Part shown: positions 54,071 through 64,000 of the stretch, piece after piece
Layout: each line of letters opens with the position of its first letter
Position numbering within the stretch: position 1 is the first letter of the stretch
Assembly: GCA_030704615.1 (NCBI GenBank)
Contig: CM060732.1
Coordinates: 32,736,001 to 32,800,000 of the forward strand
Length of the DNA stretch: 64,000 nucleotides
From: Takakia lepidozioides
Taxonomy: Eukaryota > Plantae > Bryophyta
Direction: 5' to 3'
Position numbers and translations under genes: made by a program
Notes under the pieces: model-generated
What the model was told of the DNA's origin: nothing
Databases searched by the model: none
What the model saw: only the letters and a program-made list of their open reading frames with translations

Positions 54071-54865
54071 CCCTTAAGTTCCCAAGCCTTTTTTTGACTT
54101 TTTACCAATTTTGGGTACCCAGCTGCAGTAAATTGCCCCTAGAAACCTACCAAAAATCATCCGGAGATTCCAGCCTTACAGCAATGGGCCCAGCTCATTT
54201 ATGCATGACATACCAAAAAATGAGCCAAGTCCACCGTGGAAATTGCGAGATTATAGCGTTGGCCCGGACCTCAAATATCAAGTCCCAAAGAAAAAGTGAG
54301 AAAGAAATTGGTTTGACCAAATCAAAACCTAGCTTTATCCAATTTTGCTTGCCCCAAGACCCACCATTTCCAAATCAATAGTGGAGTAACTATGACCCCA
54401 CTAAATTGCAGGTCCAACTGATTTTTTCACCTATGCTTCCTATGCGTGCAATTACATGGGGGTTGAAATCTCAAAATTGACAATTTTCTACAAATTTTTT
54501 AAAAGCCAACGGTGGATGTGTGTACGTAATGCTCACACACCACAAGGTGAAGTGCTTTTTCCAAAATTGCTAATTTTCTGCCAAAAATGGCCTTTGGAGT
54601 GCAATCTGTTTTGGGCTTGTTTACCTGCCATGTCAACGGTCAACAAGCCATTTTCAGGCCCCAAAACGTAAATGAGAGATCTAAGATATTTTTTGTAGGT
54701 CGTAGCTTTTATTTTTATTTTTAATTTTGTTTTTTGCATCATACTCTAGACAAATCCCTTGTCATTAAAGCTTCAGGAGTGGGCCCCATCAGATTAGATC
54801 TACAAAAATTAGGTCGAACTGCAAATTCAAAGTGACCCGATTCAGGTCGCTTGGGAACTTAAGGG
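54071..54865. mobile_element. Non-autonomous piggyBac-like element
   Basis: Perfect 17-bp TIR CCCTTAAGTTCCCAAGC, flanked by TTAA at 54067-54070 and 54866-54869. Confidence 0.75.
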
Positions 54866-55079
54866 TTAAAGTTGAAAGGGTCGGAGGAAGCCCTTGAGAG
54901 TTTTATTAATGATCATTGAAGGGAAAAAAAATCAAAACCCTTACATGGCCGTAGATAGCCATGAGGCAAGTACTCACGAAACCTGACGGATGACCGGAGG
55001 AACAATAGTAGGTGTTCTGCAAACAGTACAGAGTTGGCACGTGTGGCAGTCATTACCACAAATACCCCGAGTACAAATC

Positions 55080-55946
55080 GGAAGATAATAGGAATAATGT
55101 AAGAACTTAATGGACGCGTGTGATCTGACAGTACTTTCGCCGGATTCCGGCAACCTGGGCTCCTCCGCCGGGGCCCCTGTCAAATCCTCCCCACCCCATA
55201 TTATCTCTGTTTCACTATTAAATACTTAGGAATCCGGGTAGGTGGTGGGTAGCGTGATGGGAAGGTGGTAGCAATGGAGGCGGTAAGGTTTCGGGTTCAG
55301 TTCCTGATGGGAGGCTGTGGCAGTGTGACCTCGGTTGATGTAACCCTCCACTTGGTGTAACCCTGGTCGATAACCCCTATTTCTCATGTAACTCTGGTTG
55401 GTCCATTTTATACTTAGCCACATTTGGATTTCGTCAAATTTCAAGACCAAGTGTGGGTTACACCGACTGGAGTTACATTCCATCCTGTGTAACCCCAAGT
55501 GGAGTTACACACCTCGTCGTGTAACCCGATGTAACCCCGAACCCGCTAACCTATTATCTTCCTAACCCACTTGTAACCTCCAAGTGGGTTACAAGCTGTG
55601 GTTGGGTAGCGTGATGGTAAGGTGATAGCATTGTAGGCAGAGGTTTAGGGTTTGATTCTTTGGGAGGTTCTTGAAGTACCCTCTGTAACCCCGGTTTGTA
55701 ACTCTGGTTAGTCCATTTTATACTTAGCCAAGTTTGGACTTAGTCAAATTTCACTTGGAGTTCATTTCAATTGTCACTTGGAGTTACACTCCGTTCTGTG
55801 TAACCCCGACTGGAGTCGACACTCCTTCAGTTCCATGTCACCCTCAGGACAGGGTGGGGAAGATTTGACATGCCGGAAACCAGCGTACTATCCTGTGAGG
55901 GGTTGCACGTGTGCATTAAGTTCTTACATTATTCCTATTATCTTCC
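55080..55946. mobile_element. Non-autonomous TIR element, inverted copy of the 46921-47505 family with an internal duplication
   Basis: Same TIR, GG...CC ends, reverse-complement internal similarity. Confidence 0.78.
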
Positions 55947-55999
55947 ATATATAAATAAAATATATATATGACTTTCTTTGCTGCAATTATTGTATAGAT

Positions 56000-56640
56000 T
56001 GGCTCTAAACTATCTGTCAAACCAATACCAATGATATCCTTCTTTAGAAAGGCTCCAAGGATTTCTTAGAGTGGCTCTGAAAAATCTTAGAGCTAATTTA
56101 ACTGATATTCTGATTTTTTGTATTTCTTCGATCTAAAGATTCATTAGAGTGGCTCTAAGAACTCATAGGGGACATAAATAATAACTTATCTATTCATTTT
56201 CCTGTTCTAAGGATTTCTTAGAGGGATAAATAATATAATTGATTTTTTCTTATTTCCTCGCTCTAAGGATTCCTTACTAAGAGCGGATATAGATAATAAT
56301 TTGAGTTTTCTTATTTCATGGCTCTAAAGTTTCCTAAGAGCAGATAGAGACAATAATTTGTTTTTGTTTTTGCTCTAAAGATTCCTTAAATCGATTCCTT
56401 AATTTCGTTCGGTGATAGTTTAAGGTGCGTCGCTAGAAGTAAGCCAAGAAAAGCCTTCCCTGCCTTGGACATAGTTCATTAGAAGGTTTTTTCTATATTT
56501 CCCTCTTAGGACTGCTGCAAGAAATCCTTCGAATGGACATAAATACTAAAATGATTTTTTTATTGCGTCGCTCTAAGGATCCCTTAGAGCAGCTCTAAGA
56601 AATCTTTAGAGCGGATATTAATAATTTGACTCAAAGGAAT
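56000..56640. repeat. Degenerate GCTCTAAG/CTTAGAGC repeat array (TE subterminal-like)
   Basis: Recurrent inverted GCTCTAAG...TTAGAGC motifs at about 60-bp spacing. Confidence 0.55.
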
Positions 56641-57387
56641 CCATACTCTTCACATCCCCTATCCACGTACAATCTCAAAAACATAGAACACAACATCATG
56701 ACAGCACAATTCAAAAATATATCTTGGAAACAATGCTCTAATTGATATTTTGTATATTTATAGATTGTTACTAATTTATATTTTCTATTTTAATCACATT
56801 TTCAATTATTCTAACATTAACTTCAGGCTTCATCCCTTTACCAAAAAAAAACAAAAAACATTAACTAAATTAATCGGATTCTCCGTCATGGTTTACCGGT
56901 CCGGCAGCTACAGTTAGGCTGCTACCATTAGACAGCCTTCGGGCCTATAAGGGTTCTAATTTTCTTCCCTTCAATAATTCAAATAAAGTCGGGGCAGTAC
57001 CTCCTTTCTCATCCTTATGGTTGTTTTTTCCTCATACTTTATTAATAAATTTGCCAGGGCCTCTGTCCCCTGGTCCTGAAAAAATAGAAAAAGAAAAAAA
57101 AAGAAAAAGAAGCTTTAATGGGCTTCCTCCAGTGTTTTTTCTAAGAAATTTTGAAAACAGCACGAGTGGCTATAGAGTTTTGCAAAAAATAGTGATACTT
57201 CTGTTCATCCACTGAAATTCATCCACCTCTGTACTTTAATTCGTTTTATCCATATTGGAAAATTCATTCATAATTTATTTTTTATTTGGCGATTTCATCC
57301 ATGAAAAAAGGGAATTTGCGACAGAATATGCCATTTTACTTTTTGACGTCGAAATCTGGCGAAAATTCGCCAATTAAGAAAAAGCGC

Positions 57388-57621
57388 ACATCAGCTGGTA
57401 GCTCAGCTGGTAAGTGCACAGTGTGTCGCCCTGGTGGTTCGGGGTTCAAACCCGCTGCCCTGCCTGGTGTGTGCATTGTTCGTGACCGGTTGGTCTGGTG
57501 GTGACGTTTCCCACCTGTGTGCCTAATGGCTTATCTGAAAGGGGGTTGATTTTCCCCCTCCTCAAGGGCCTGAATTGTGAGCAGTCACTCCCAGGTTTCC
57601 CTTAAAAGAAAAGAAAAAAAA
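57388..57621 (+). mobile_element. tRNA-derived SINE, full length
   Basis: A box TAGCTCAGCTGG, B box GGTTCAAACC, A-rich tail, imperfect AAAAA(G)CGC flanking repeat, second copy at 28731. Confidence 0.85.
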
Positions 57622-57877
57622 ACGCTGCCTTCCTCCCCTTTTCCTCAAAAAAATTAAAATTAAAAATAATCGATGTCAAGCACATGTTACTAAGAAAATG
57701 AAATAGCCGAGAATTCGTAAGTTAGACGTTTATGACGGCATGCATCGCACTGACGCGTAAGCACAGCTGCATCTCAGACGGAGATTCGAATATACGACGG
57801 AGAAGGAGAAGAAAGCAGGATAGATACTGGCGAGGCTCTGCAGTGAGGGAAAGGGGGAAGAAGACGAGTGCGTGGTG

Positions 57878-59389
57878 ATGGCTACCCTCGTTAGGGATTT
57901 GGGAGCTACAGCTCAAGCTTTGGGTGACGATGATTCGGAAGAGCCCCTCTGTGAACTGGAAAGCCTGTGCATGCGATGTGGAGAGAATGGCACGACTCGG
58001 GTGCTGCTCACCCGCATTCCACACTTTCGAGAGGTGGTGCTTATGGCGTTTGAATGTCCACACTGCAATGAAAGGAACAATGAAGTACAGTTTGCCGGGC
58101 AGCTGTATCCTCAGGGATGTCAATTCACCCTGAAAGTTCCATCTGGAGATGCAAAGGTACTCGATAGGCAAATTGTAAAGTCCGACTCGGCCACTATCAA
58201 GGTTCCAGAACTTGACTTTGAAGTGCCTCCAGAAGCACAGGCCGGAACACTGTCAACGATCGAAGGTGTGTTGCGGAGGGCAGCAGAAGGGCTACAGGCT
58301 TTGCAGCCAGAGCGATGGAAGGTGGACCCCAAGACGTCAGAGGCAATCGATGTGTTTCTGTCCAAGCTGAAGGCATGCGCCGAAGGGGAAAAAGCTTTCA
58401 CGCTTGTATTGGACGATCCGTCAGGAAACAGCTTCATTCAGAACCCGCATGCGCCAGGACAGGACCCGTTGGTGACAAGTTTGTACTACGACCGCACCAG
58501 TGAACAACAAGCTGCGCTGGGCTTCGTCGCAGAAACCCTAAGTACTCCAATAGATGATGTGCCTACTGTCTCCAATGCTAGGTGTTCAGATGCCATAGAA
58601 AGCACAGGTGAGGAAGTGAACGAGAGACATAAATACGTACCTGCTGGAACTCAAAGGCTGCCACATGGCTCTGTTGGGGCTCAAATAGCACATCGTGCAA
58701 TTGCCAAGGGAAACTCAGCAGATGTCGCTGCCGCTCTCTTCAAGTATTCAACGCCAGAGGAGGTTATGATGTTTCCAGCTACATGTGGAGCATGTGGAGC
58801 AGCATGTGACACCCGAATGTTTGTCACCAATATTCCGTATTTTAAAGAGGTGATTGTCATGGCATCCACTTGTGATGTTTGCGGTTATCGCAGCTCGGAG
58901 GTGAAGCCTGGCGGAGGTGTTCCTGAGAAAGGAAGGAAAATAACCGTGCGCATCACAAATAAACAAGACCTTAGTCGAGACGTTATCAAGTCCGATACAA
59001 CAAAGGTGGTGGTTCCAGAATTAGAGCTAGAGCTTGTGCCGGGCACTCTTGGGGGTCTTGTCACAACTGTTGAAGGCCTGCTTGCAGCTGTCGGTGAGAA
59101 ATTGCACCAAGTTCATGGGTTTAGCACTGGTGACACTGCAGACAAATGGAAGAGGCAGTCATGGCAAGATTTTGATGATCACCTCCAACGGCTACTGAAG
59201 GTGGAGGAGCCGTGGACTTTGGAGTTGGATGATGCACTCGCAAATTCCTTCATTGCACCTGCTACAGACAGTTTTGAAGATGATAAACAGCTGACATCGG
59301 AAGAGTACGTGAGAACATGGGAGCAAGATGAGGAGCTTGGGCTGAATGACATGGACACAGCAGATGCTGATACAGCATATTCTGCATAG
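57878..59389 (+). CDS. ZPR1: Zinc finger protein ZPR1 homolog, intronless
   Basis: 503 aa from the ATG at 57878. Two ZPR1 modules: ESLCMRCGENGTTR...FECPHC and CGACG...CDVCGYRSSEVKPGG; DDPSGNSFI; EELGLNDM. Confidence 0.95.
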   Translation: MATLVRDLGATAQALGDDDSEEPLCELESLCMRCGENGTTRVLLTRIPHFREVVLMAFECPHCNERNNEVQFAGQLYPQGCQFTLKVPSGDAKVLDRQIVKSDSATIKVPELDFEVPPEAQAGTLSTIEGVLRRAAEGLQALQPERWKVDPKTSEAIDVFLSKLKACAEGEKAFTLVLDDPSGNSFIQNPHAPGQDPLVTSLYYDRTSEQQAALGFVAETLSTPIDDVPTVSNARCSDAIESTGEEVNERHKYVPAGTQRLPHGSVGAQIAHRAIAKGNSADVAAALFKYSTPEEVMMFPATCGACGAACDTRMFVTNIPYFKEVIVMASTCDVCGYRSSEVKPGGGVPEKGRKITVRITNKQDLSRDVIKSDTTKVVVPELELELVPGTLGGLVTTVEGLLAAVGEKLHQVHGFSTGDTADKWKRQSWQDFDDHLQRLLKVEEPWTLELDDALANSFIAPATDSFEDDKQLTSEEYVRTWEQDEELGLNDMDTADADTAYSA

Positions 59390-60598
59390 TTCTTTCACAT
59401 TGATGCAACTTCTGTGGCCCCCTTCTGCTTTGTAAATTATATCTTTGGGAGTTGGGGAAGGAATGGTTGATGGTGTTATTGAAATTACACCTCTTGAGCA
59501 CTGTTTGCTGCACTTCTAGGGCCCAGCCAAAATCTGGCCATTCGGCAAAGTCTTCTACTGAACCTGGGACAGGAAAAACCTTACCCCCATCAACCTGCTC
59601 CTGAACTATGACCAGTCTACTAAAACCCGTGCCTTGTCGTGCCCAGTCTTTGAAACCCTTCCCTGCTCTTCACTATGGCATCTTTGGAAGGCCCGGTGTG
59701 CAAGGACTCTTCAGCGTTGACCCATGCCTGACATATACCAATTTTCAGCTTCACGATGTCACCATGGACTTCTGCACCCTTTCTCCCTACTTTCCCAGAG
59801 CCAGGCTCACACACACATTGCAAATACAAACGAGCATGATCTGGTTGGGCTGCACCCTTCCCCGCATCATGTGATACAATTCTAGCTTTGACAATGTCAC
59901 CACAACATATAGCTGTTGCTTTCCAAACACACTTGGTTTGCCCTATATGTTCAATGTTGGCAAGTGAGCTGCTGCCCTTGCACTATATGAACAAGGGAGA
60001 AATAGCAGAACAATGGCTACTCTCACCTCTTCTCGCAAAAAGAGACAATGGTATCTTGTTGGTGCTGTCGTCCTGAAGACACTTCAAGTGGTTTTTGGGC
60101 TAAGTGATCTACTCCAAAGCGCCTGGGGCCAGGTTAGGGGCTTACCTTGCCTATCACAAGCTTTTGCCTTCCGTAATTGTCGCTAATATAAGTTAGCCTT
60201 CTGTAGCATCGTCAAATGCCAGTCCCGCAACTTGTTAAACTTGGGGGTCTTCTAAATCTTTGGATGGCAGTAGAGAATGTAGTCCTCTCATTTGATACAT
60301 CTTGGTTCGCTGCCAAGCCTGAGAATTTAAACATGGTTAACAGAAGTCTGGCCTGGCTAGAATTTCAGTCTCAACCTGAAGATCAGATTTTCATGTACAC
60401 ACACTCAAATTTGCAGTTTTGCAGCACTGTACCTGCCTCAATGTAACAAACATGTGGCTCATGTAACTTCTGCCACTGCCATCCATACCAATAACAGAAC
60501 AGACAGAATACTCGCTCTGCCTAGCACAGATCAGAGGAAAGGCGCAACGTTCTCTATTGTGTAGATTGTGGGAGCCCACCCTGAACCCTGATTATTGG

Positions 60599-60800
60599 CT
60601 TCAGGTTGCCCACACAATGGGCAATTGCACTCTCCCTTTCCTCTGCTTCTATTTGCTGTTCAAGGTAGGCTTCCTGCCCCGTGTTTACATTTCAGTTTAG
60701 TGGCGAGAGCGGGTAGACCCTTGAGGTCATCCATGATGTCCTCCCCCATGTCACAGACTGGAAACAAGATCAGGGAAGTTTTCTGCCTAACTTCATTTTC
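60599..60800. repeat. Local duplication; second copy at about 61856-62048 in the CYP97A last intron, followed by a ~130-bp tandem repeat
   Basis: CTTCAGGTTGCCCACACAA...TGAGGTCATCCATGATG...CTGCCTAACTTCATTTT occurs at both sites. Confidence 0.75.
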
Positions 60801-61331
60801 ATCAACAATTTCCTGGCAACAGACGTGGCTTTGGACACTACAGCCTCTAAGTCAGATTTATCCAGCAGGGTCAAGACGTCAAGACTTGTGGGCAGAGGGG
60901 AGAGGGTACATCCTTCAGCTACACCTTGAACAGTAGTGGCTGTCTGCGTATGTGACAATCAGCTTGCCCAAAACAGGAACGAGGAGTGCGTGTTGAGCTT
61001 AGGATTCACCTCCACTGTGATTAAGACTTGGGAGGATGCATGCACAATGTCTTGTTCAAGTAGCAGGTACATGTGAGCACATCTGCATAATAGTGGTTTG
61101 CAAATTGAGGTGTGATGTATGTATATTCAAGCCGCAAGGCAATAAACAAATTAACATGTAAAGACTGCGGGCTGGAGCTGTAATGTTTCCTGCGAAGATT
61201 TGGCATCAAGACTGTAGCAACTTGTAACATGCTTTATTTCTGGAAGAATTGGTAGATAACGGCAAAGAAACATGTGGGCACTGAGGGCAATTATCCCTTA
61301 CACACAATGCAACTCACATAGTATGATCTCA

Positions 61332-63580
61332 TCAGGAACTGGTAGGGTGGCTGGTAATGACTTCATCCGGGGTCATGCTGTCCTTGATTACAGCTGTATT
61401 AGATGGTGAACTATATACAGTGAGAGACTCGCCACTAGTTTGATAGCTTTTTATCGATCCATTTTGGTCAATGGTTGTCAACGTGGGTGTCTCCATAACT
61501 GGGATCACCGGAGCCTTACTCCTTCGCAGCACCGTCATATTCAAGCCAGCTGTTGTGTGGATCGTTGCTCCAGTTGTCATCTCAACCTGTGGATAGGAAC
61601 AGACACAGTGCCAATTAGGATGTGCTTGCTGTAGCATTCTGGACTAAGAACCAAGGCCAAGTTTGAGTGCACTAGGAAGATGAGAGAGAGAGAGAACATG
61701 CCCATGTATACTGTGGAAGACAGTAGTGAGAGAACAAGACGAGCATTATAGCATCCATGGGAGGCCCAAGACAAAGGAAGAAAAAAAAACTACATTTAAG
61801 AGGGCGTCTCTCTGGTGAGAGTACCCTGGACAATGAATCAGATATGAATATTGTCTTCAGGTTGCCCACACAACGGGCATTTGCAATCCCCCTTTCCTCT
61901 CTGCTTCTGTTAGCTGTTCAAAGGTAGATTTCCCACCCCGAGTTTAAATTTCAGTCTAGTGCCAAGAGTGGGTAAACCACTGAGGTCATCCATGATGGCC
62001 GCCCCCATGTCACAGACTCAGGGAAGTTTTCTGCCTAACTTCATTTTGGTATCTAAAGAGAATGTACTCATAAGACGTTGTTTGCCGTATCTAAAGAGTG
62101 GGTAAACCATTGAGGTCATCCATGATGGCCACCCCTATGTCACAGACTCAGGTTAGTTTTCTGCCTAACTTCATTTTGGTATCTAAAGAGAATGTACTCA
62201 TAAGACGTTGTTTGCCGTATCTAAAGAGAGAGAGAATGTACTCATAAGAAGTTGTTTGCCGTAGACTTGTGGCCATTGACCCCGCGCCCAGTTTGAGCGG
62301 AAACCAGAGGGACAGAACCTACCTCTGTCAGGGGCTGACATTGGGAGTAAGACTTACCTTTATAAATAGAATTAATTTGGGCAAATCACACACAGCAGAT
62401 TGATGCTTGTGTGAAGGGATTTCTAGAGGATATCTGGAAAACCCGAATTAATTCTAAAGAGAGAGAGAGAGAGAGAGAGAGTAGAAACCTGGTTGTTACT
62501 ATGTCCGCATCTTGCTACCTAAAAGTCCAAAGCAGGATGTGGCTTTCCAAAAAACAGAACCTTTCTGGGAACAGCTAGAACAACTTACAGGTGGTGCTCC
62601 AGCTGCCAGAGTGAAATCAAAACGACGCACAAGCATGGCAAGGGCTGTCACGGTCTGCAATCAAGCCCCCCATCCACCCATGCTCTGCCTTACACATCAA
62701 TGACCGCGTATGTGCTGCGCAACAAACTCTCTAAATGCAGGTCTTTTGCAAGTGCTTAGATTAAGGAAAAGAGGAATATATATTTGAGGCAGTGCAGCCA
62801 GAGATGGATAGAATCTACCTGCCTCCTGAGCACAATGGCTGTGACCTGCAGACCTCGATGCAATCTTCATTGGCAGGTGCCCACATGGAAGCAACACTAT
62901 TTAAGCAAATAGTAGTTTCAATAATATATCAATTAAATGCTATTAAAATGGACTTTGCATCACTGTAACACAGCAGAAGCGGTTTTATCATGAAATGTAT
63001 CCTCCTGTGAATTAATGAAGCTACATGAAGATGTCTGCATACCTCAAATGTAGCAAACATATCTCCCACACACTTACGGGGACCTCCACCAAATGGCAGA
63101 TACCTACACCCCAATTTCAATGTTTGTCATCTGCCATGTTGAAGCAAAGAATGGCGTTTGTGCAAAGCCACAATACTCAACTATTGATTTGCTGTGAACC
63201 TTTAATGGATAGTTTCTATGAAGCAATTGCTCTCTCCCCAGAGGGATGATTAGTTCTTGACAGACTTCTTGACTGGTTCTGCAATAAGGCAAAACTGGTT
63301 GATGACACTGTACTCTTGCAGACCAGCAGTTACAAGGCCATTTGCCAACCAATGATAAAGAAGTAAGGCAGACAGACACTATCTGCTTCCCTTGACCTAG
63401 ATAAGCCCTCTGTCTGTAATGCCAGGGGACAGCATATGACCAACCTACCTGTAGTTTTGATTAACCTCTGTGGGATCTGGCCCATCCAGTGCCCATCGTT
63501 CGGGATTGAAGACTTCGGGGCTATCCCACAAATCTGGCGACCGGTGTAGATTCCAAATTGAGATGAATAAGTCTTCACCC
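61332..63580 (-). CDS. CYP97A: Cytochrome P450 CYP97A carotenoid beta-ring hydroxylase (LUT5-like), last four exons; gene continues beyond the window
   Basis: GT-AG exons 63580-63449 ([15 protein letters not shown]...PERW), 63103-63043 ([20 protein letters not shown], heme motif), 62654-62589 ([11 protein letters not shown]) and 61586-61332 ([11 protein letters not shown]). Confidence 0.92.
62236..62452 (-). repeat. Structured short repeat in the CYP97A intron, flanked by TCTAAA(GA)n direct repeats
   Basis: Related to 4836-5050. TCTAAAGAGAGAGAGA occurs at 62220 and 62453. Confidence 0.7.
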
Positions 63581-64000
63581 CTGTGAAAGCCAGAAGAAGT
63601 GCATGACATGCATGGCACTCAAGAAAACAAACCAACAAAGCAAACAACATCAAAAACTCCAAACTCCAGGAAATGGCTCATGAAGGTAAGCTGCCACACT
63701 GTTTTGGTCATTGCACCTCAAGGGTTCTGCCAAGGTAAGACAAAGTTGACAGAGAGATTAATTTCATATGCACACTCAGCTCCTATATCTGGCCAACACA
63801 TGCTCAGGAATATATCTCTTTGCAAGGACACTGTTGTACATTCTTTGTTACCATACTATTCAATGTTAAGACAAACATAAGAGGAGAACCTAAGCAGAAT
63901 AGTTCCTTTATGCAGAGCCATGCAACTCAAACTTGCAGCAACTCGAAACAATTTGAGTGTCACGTACGCTTTGATATGATACTTTCCCAGCACATCATTC

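Overview
Nuclear DNA of a land plant, probably a non-seed plant such as a bryophyte or lycophyte (inferred from the PLS-PPR expansion and the TE types). Intact-looking host genes are NDUFB3/B12, tRNA-Arg(ACG), a multi-exon tyrosylprotein sulfotransferase, an F-box/kelch protein, an intronless ZPR1 and the 3' part of CYP97A. They are interspersed with pseudogenes (RH35/DDX41, a PLS-PPR cluster, GST theta) and many TEs. The standout is an 11-kb Ty3/Gypsy-like retroelement (6373-17333). It encodes a DNMT3-like cytosine methyltransferase inside pol and a C-terminal PHD finger. It has split direct repeats (A...B-GC-A-TT-B) and a 4-bp TSD, as expected if a 2-LTR circle integrated through a palindromic site inside one LTR. 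It also has a self-complementary Tf1-like primer site and a candidate CAR-YYA readthrough stop between DNMT and RT. Also notable: a 365-bp TRIM whose LTRs each carry a tRNA-like Pol III module, PPR pseudogenes fused to an OSB-type PDF motif, a TTAA piggyBac-like element, and a templated PPR insertion copied from 22 kb away. All calls were made by eye; no searches were run.
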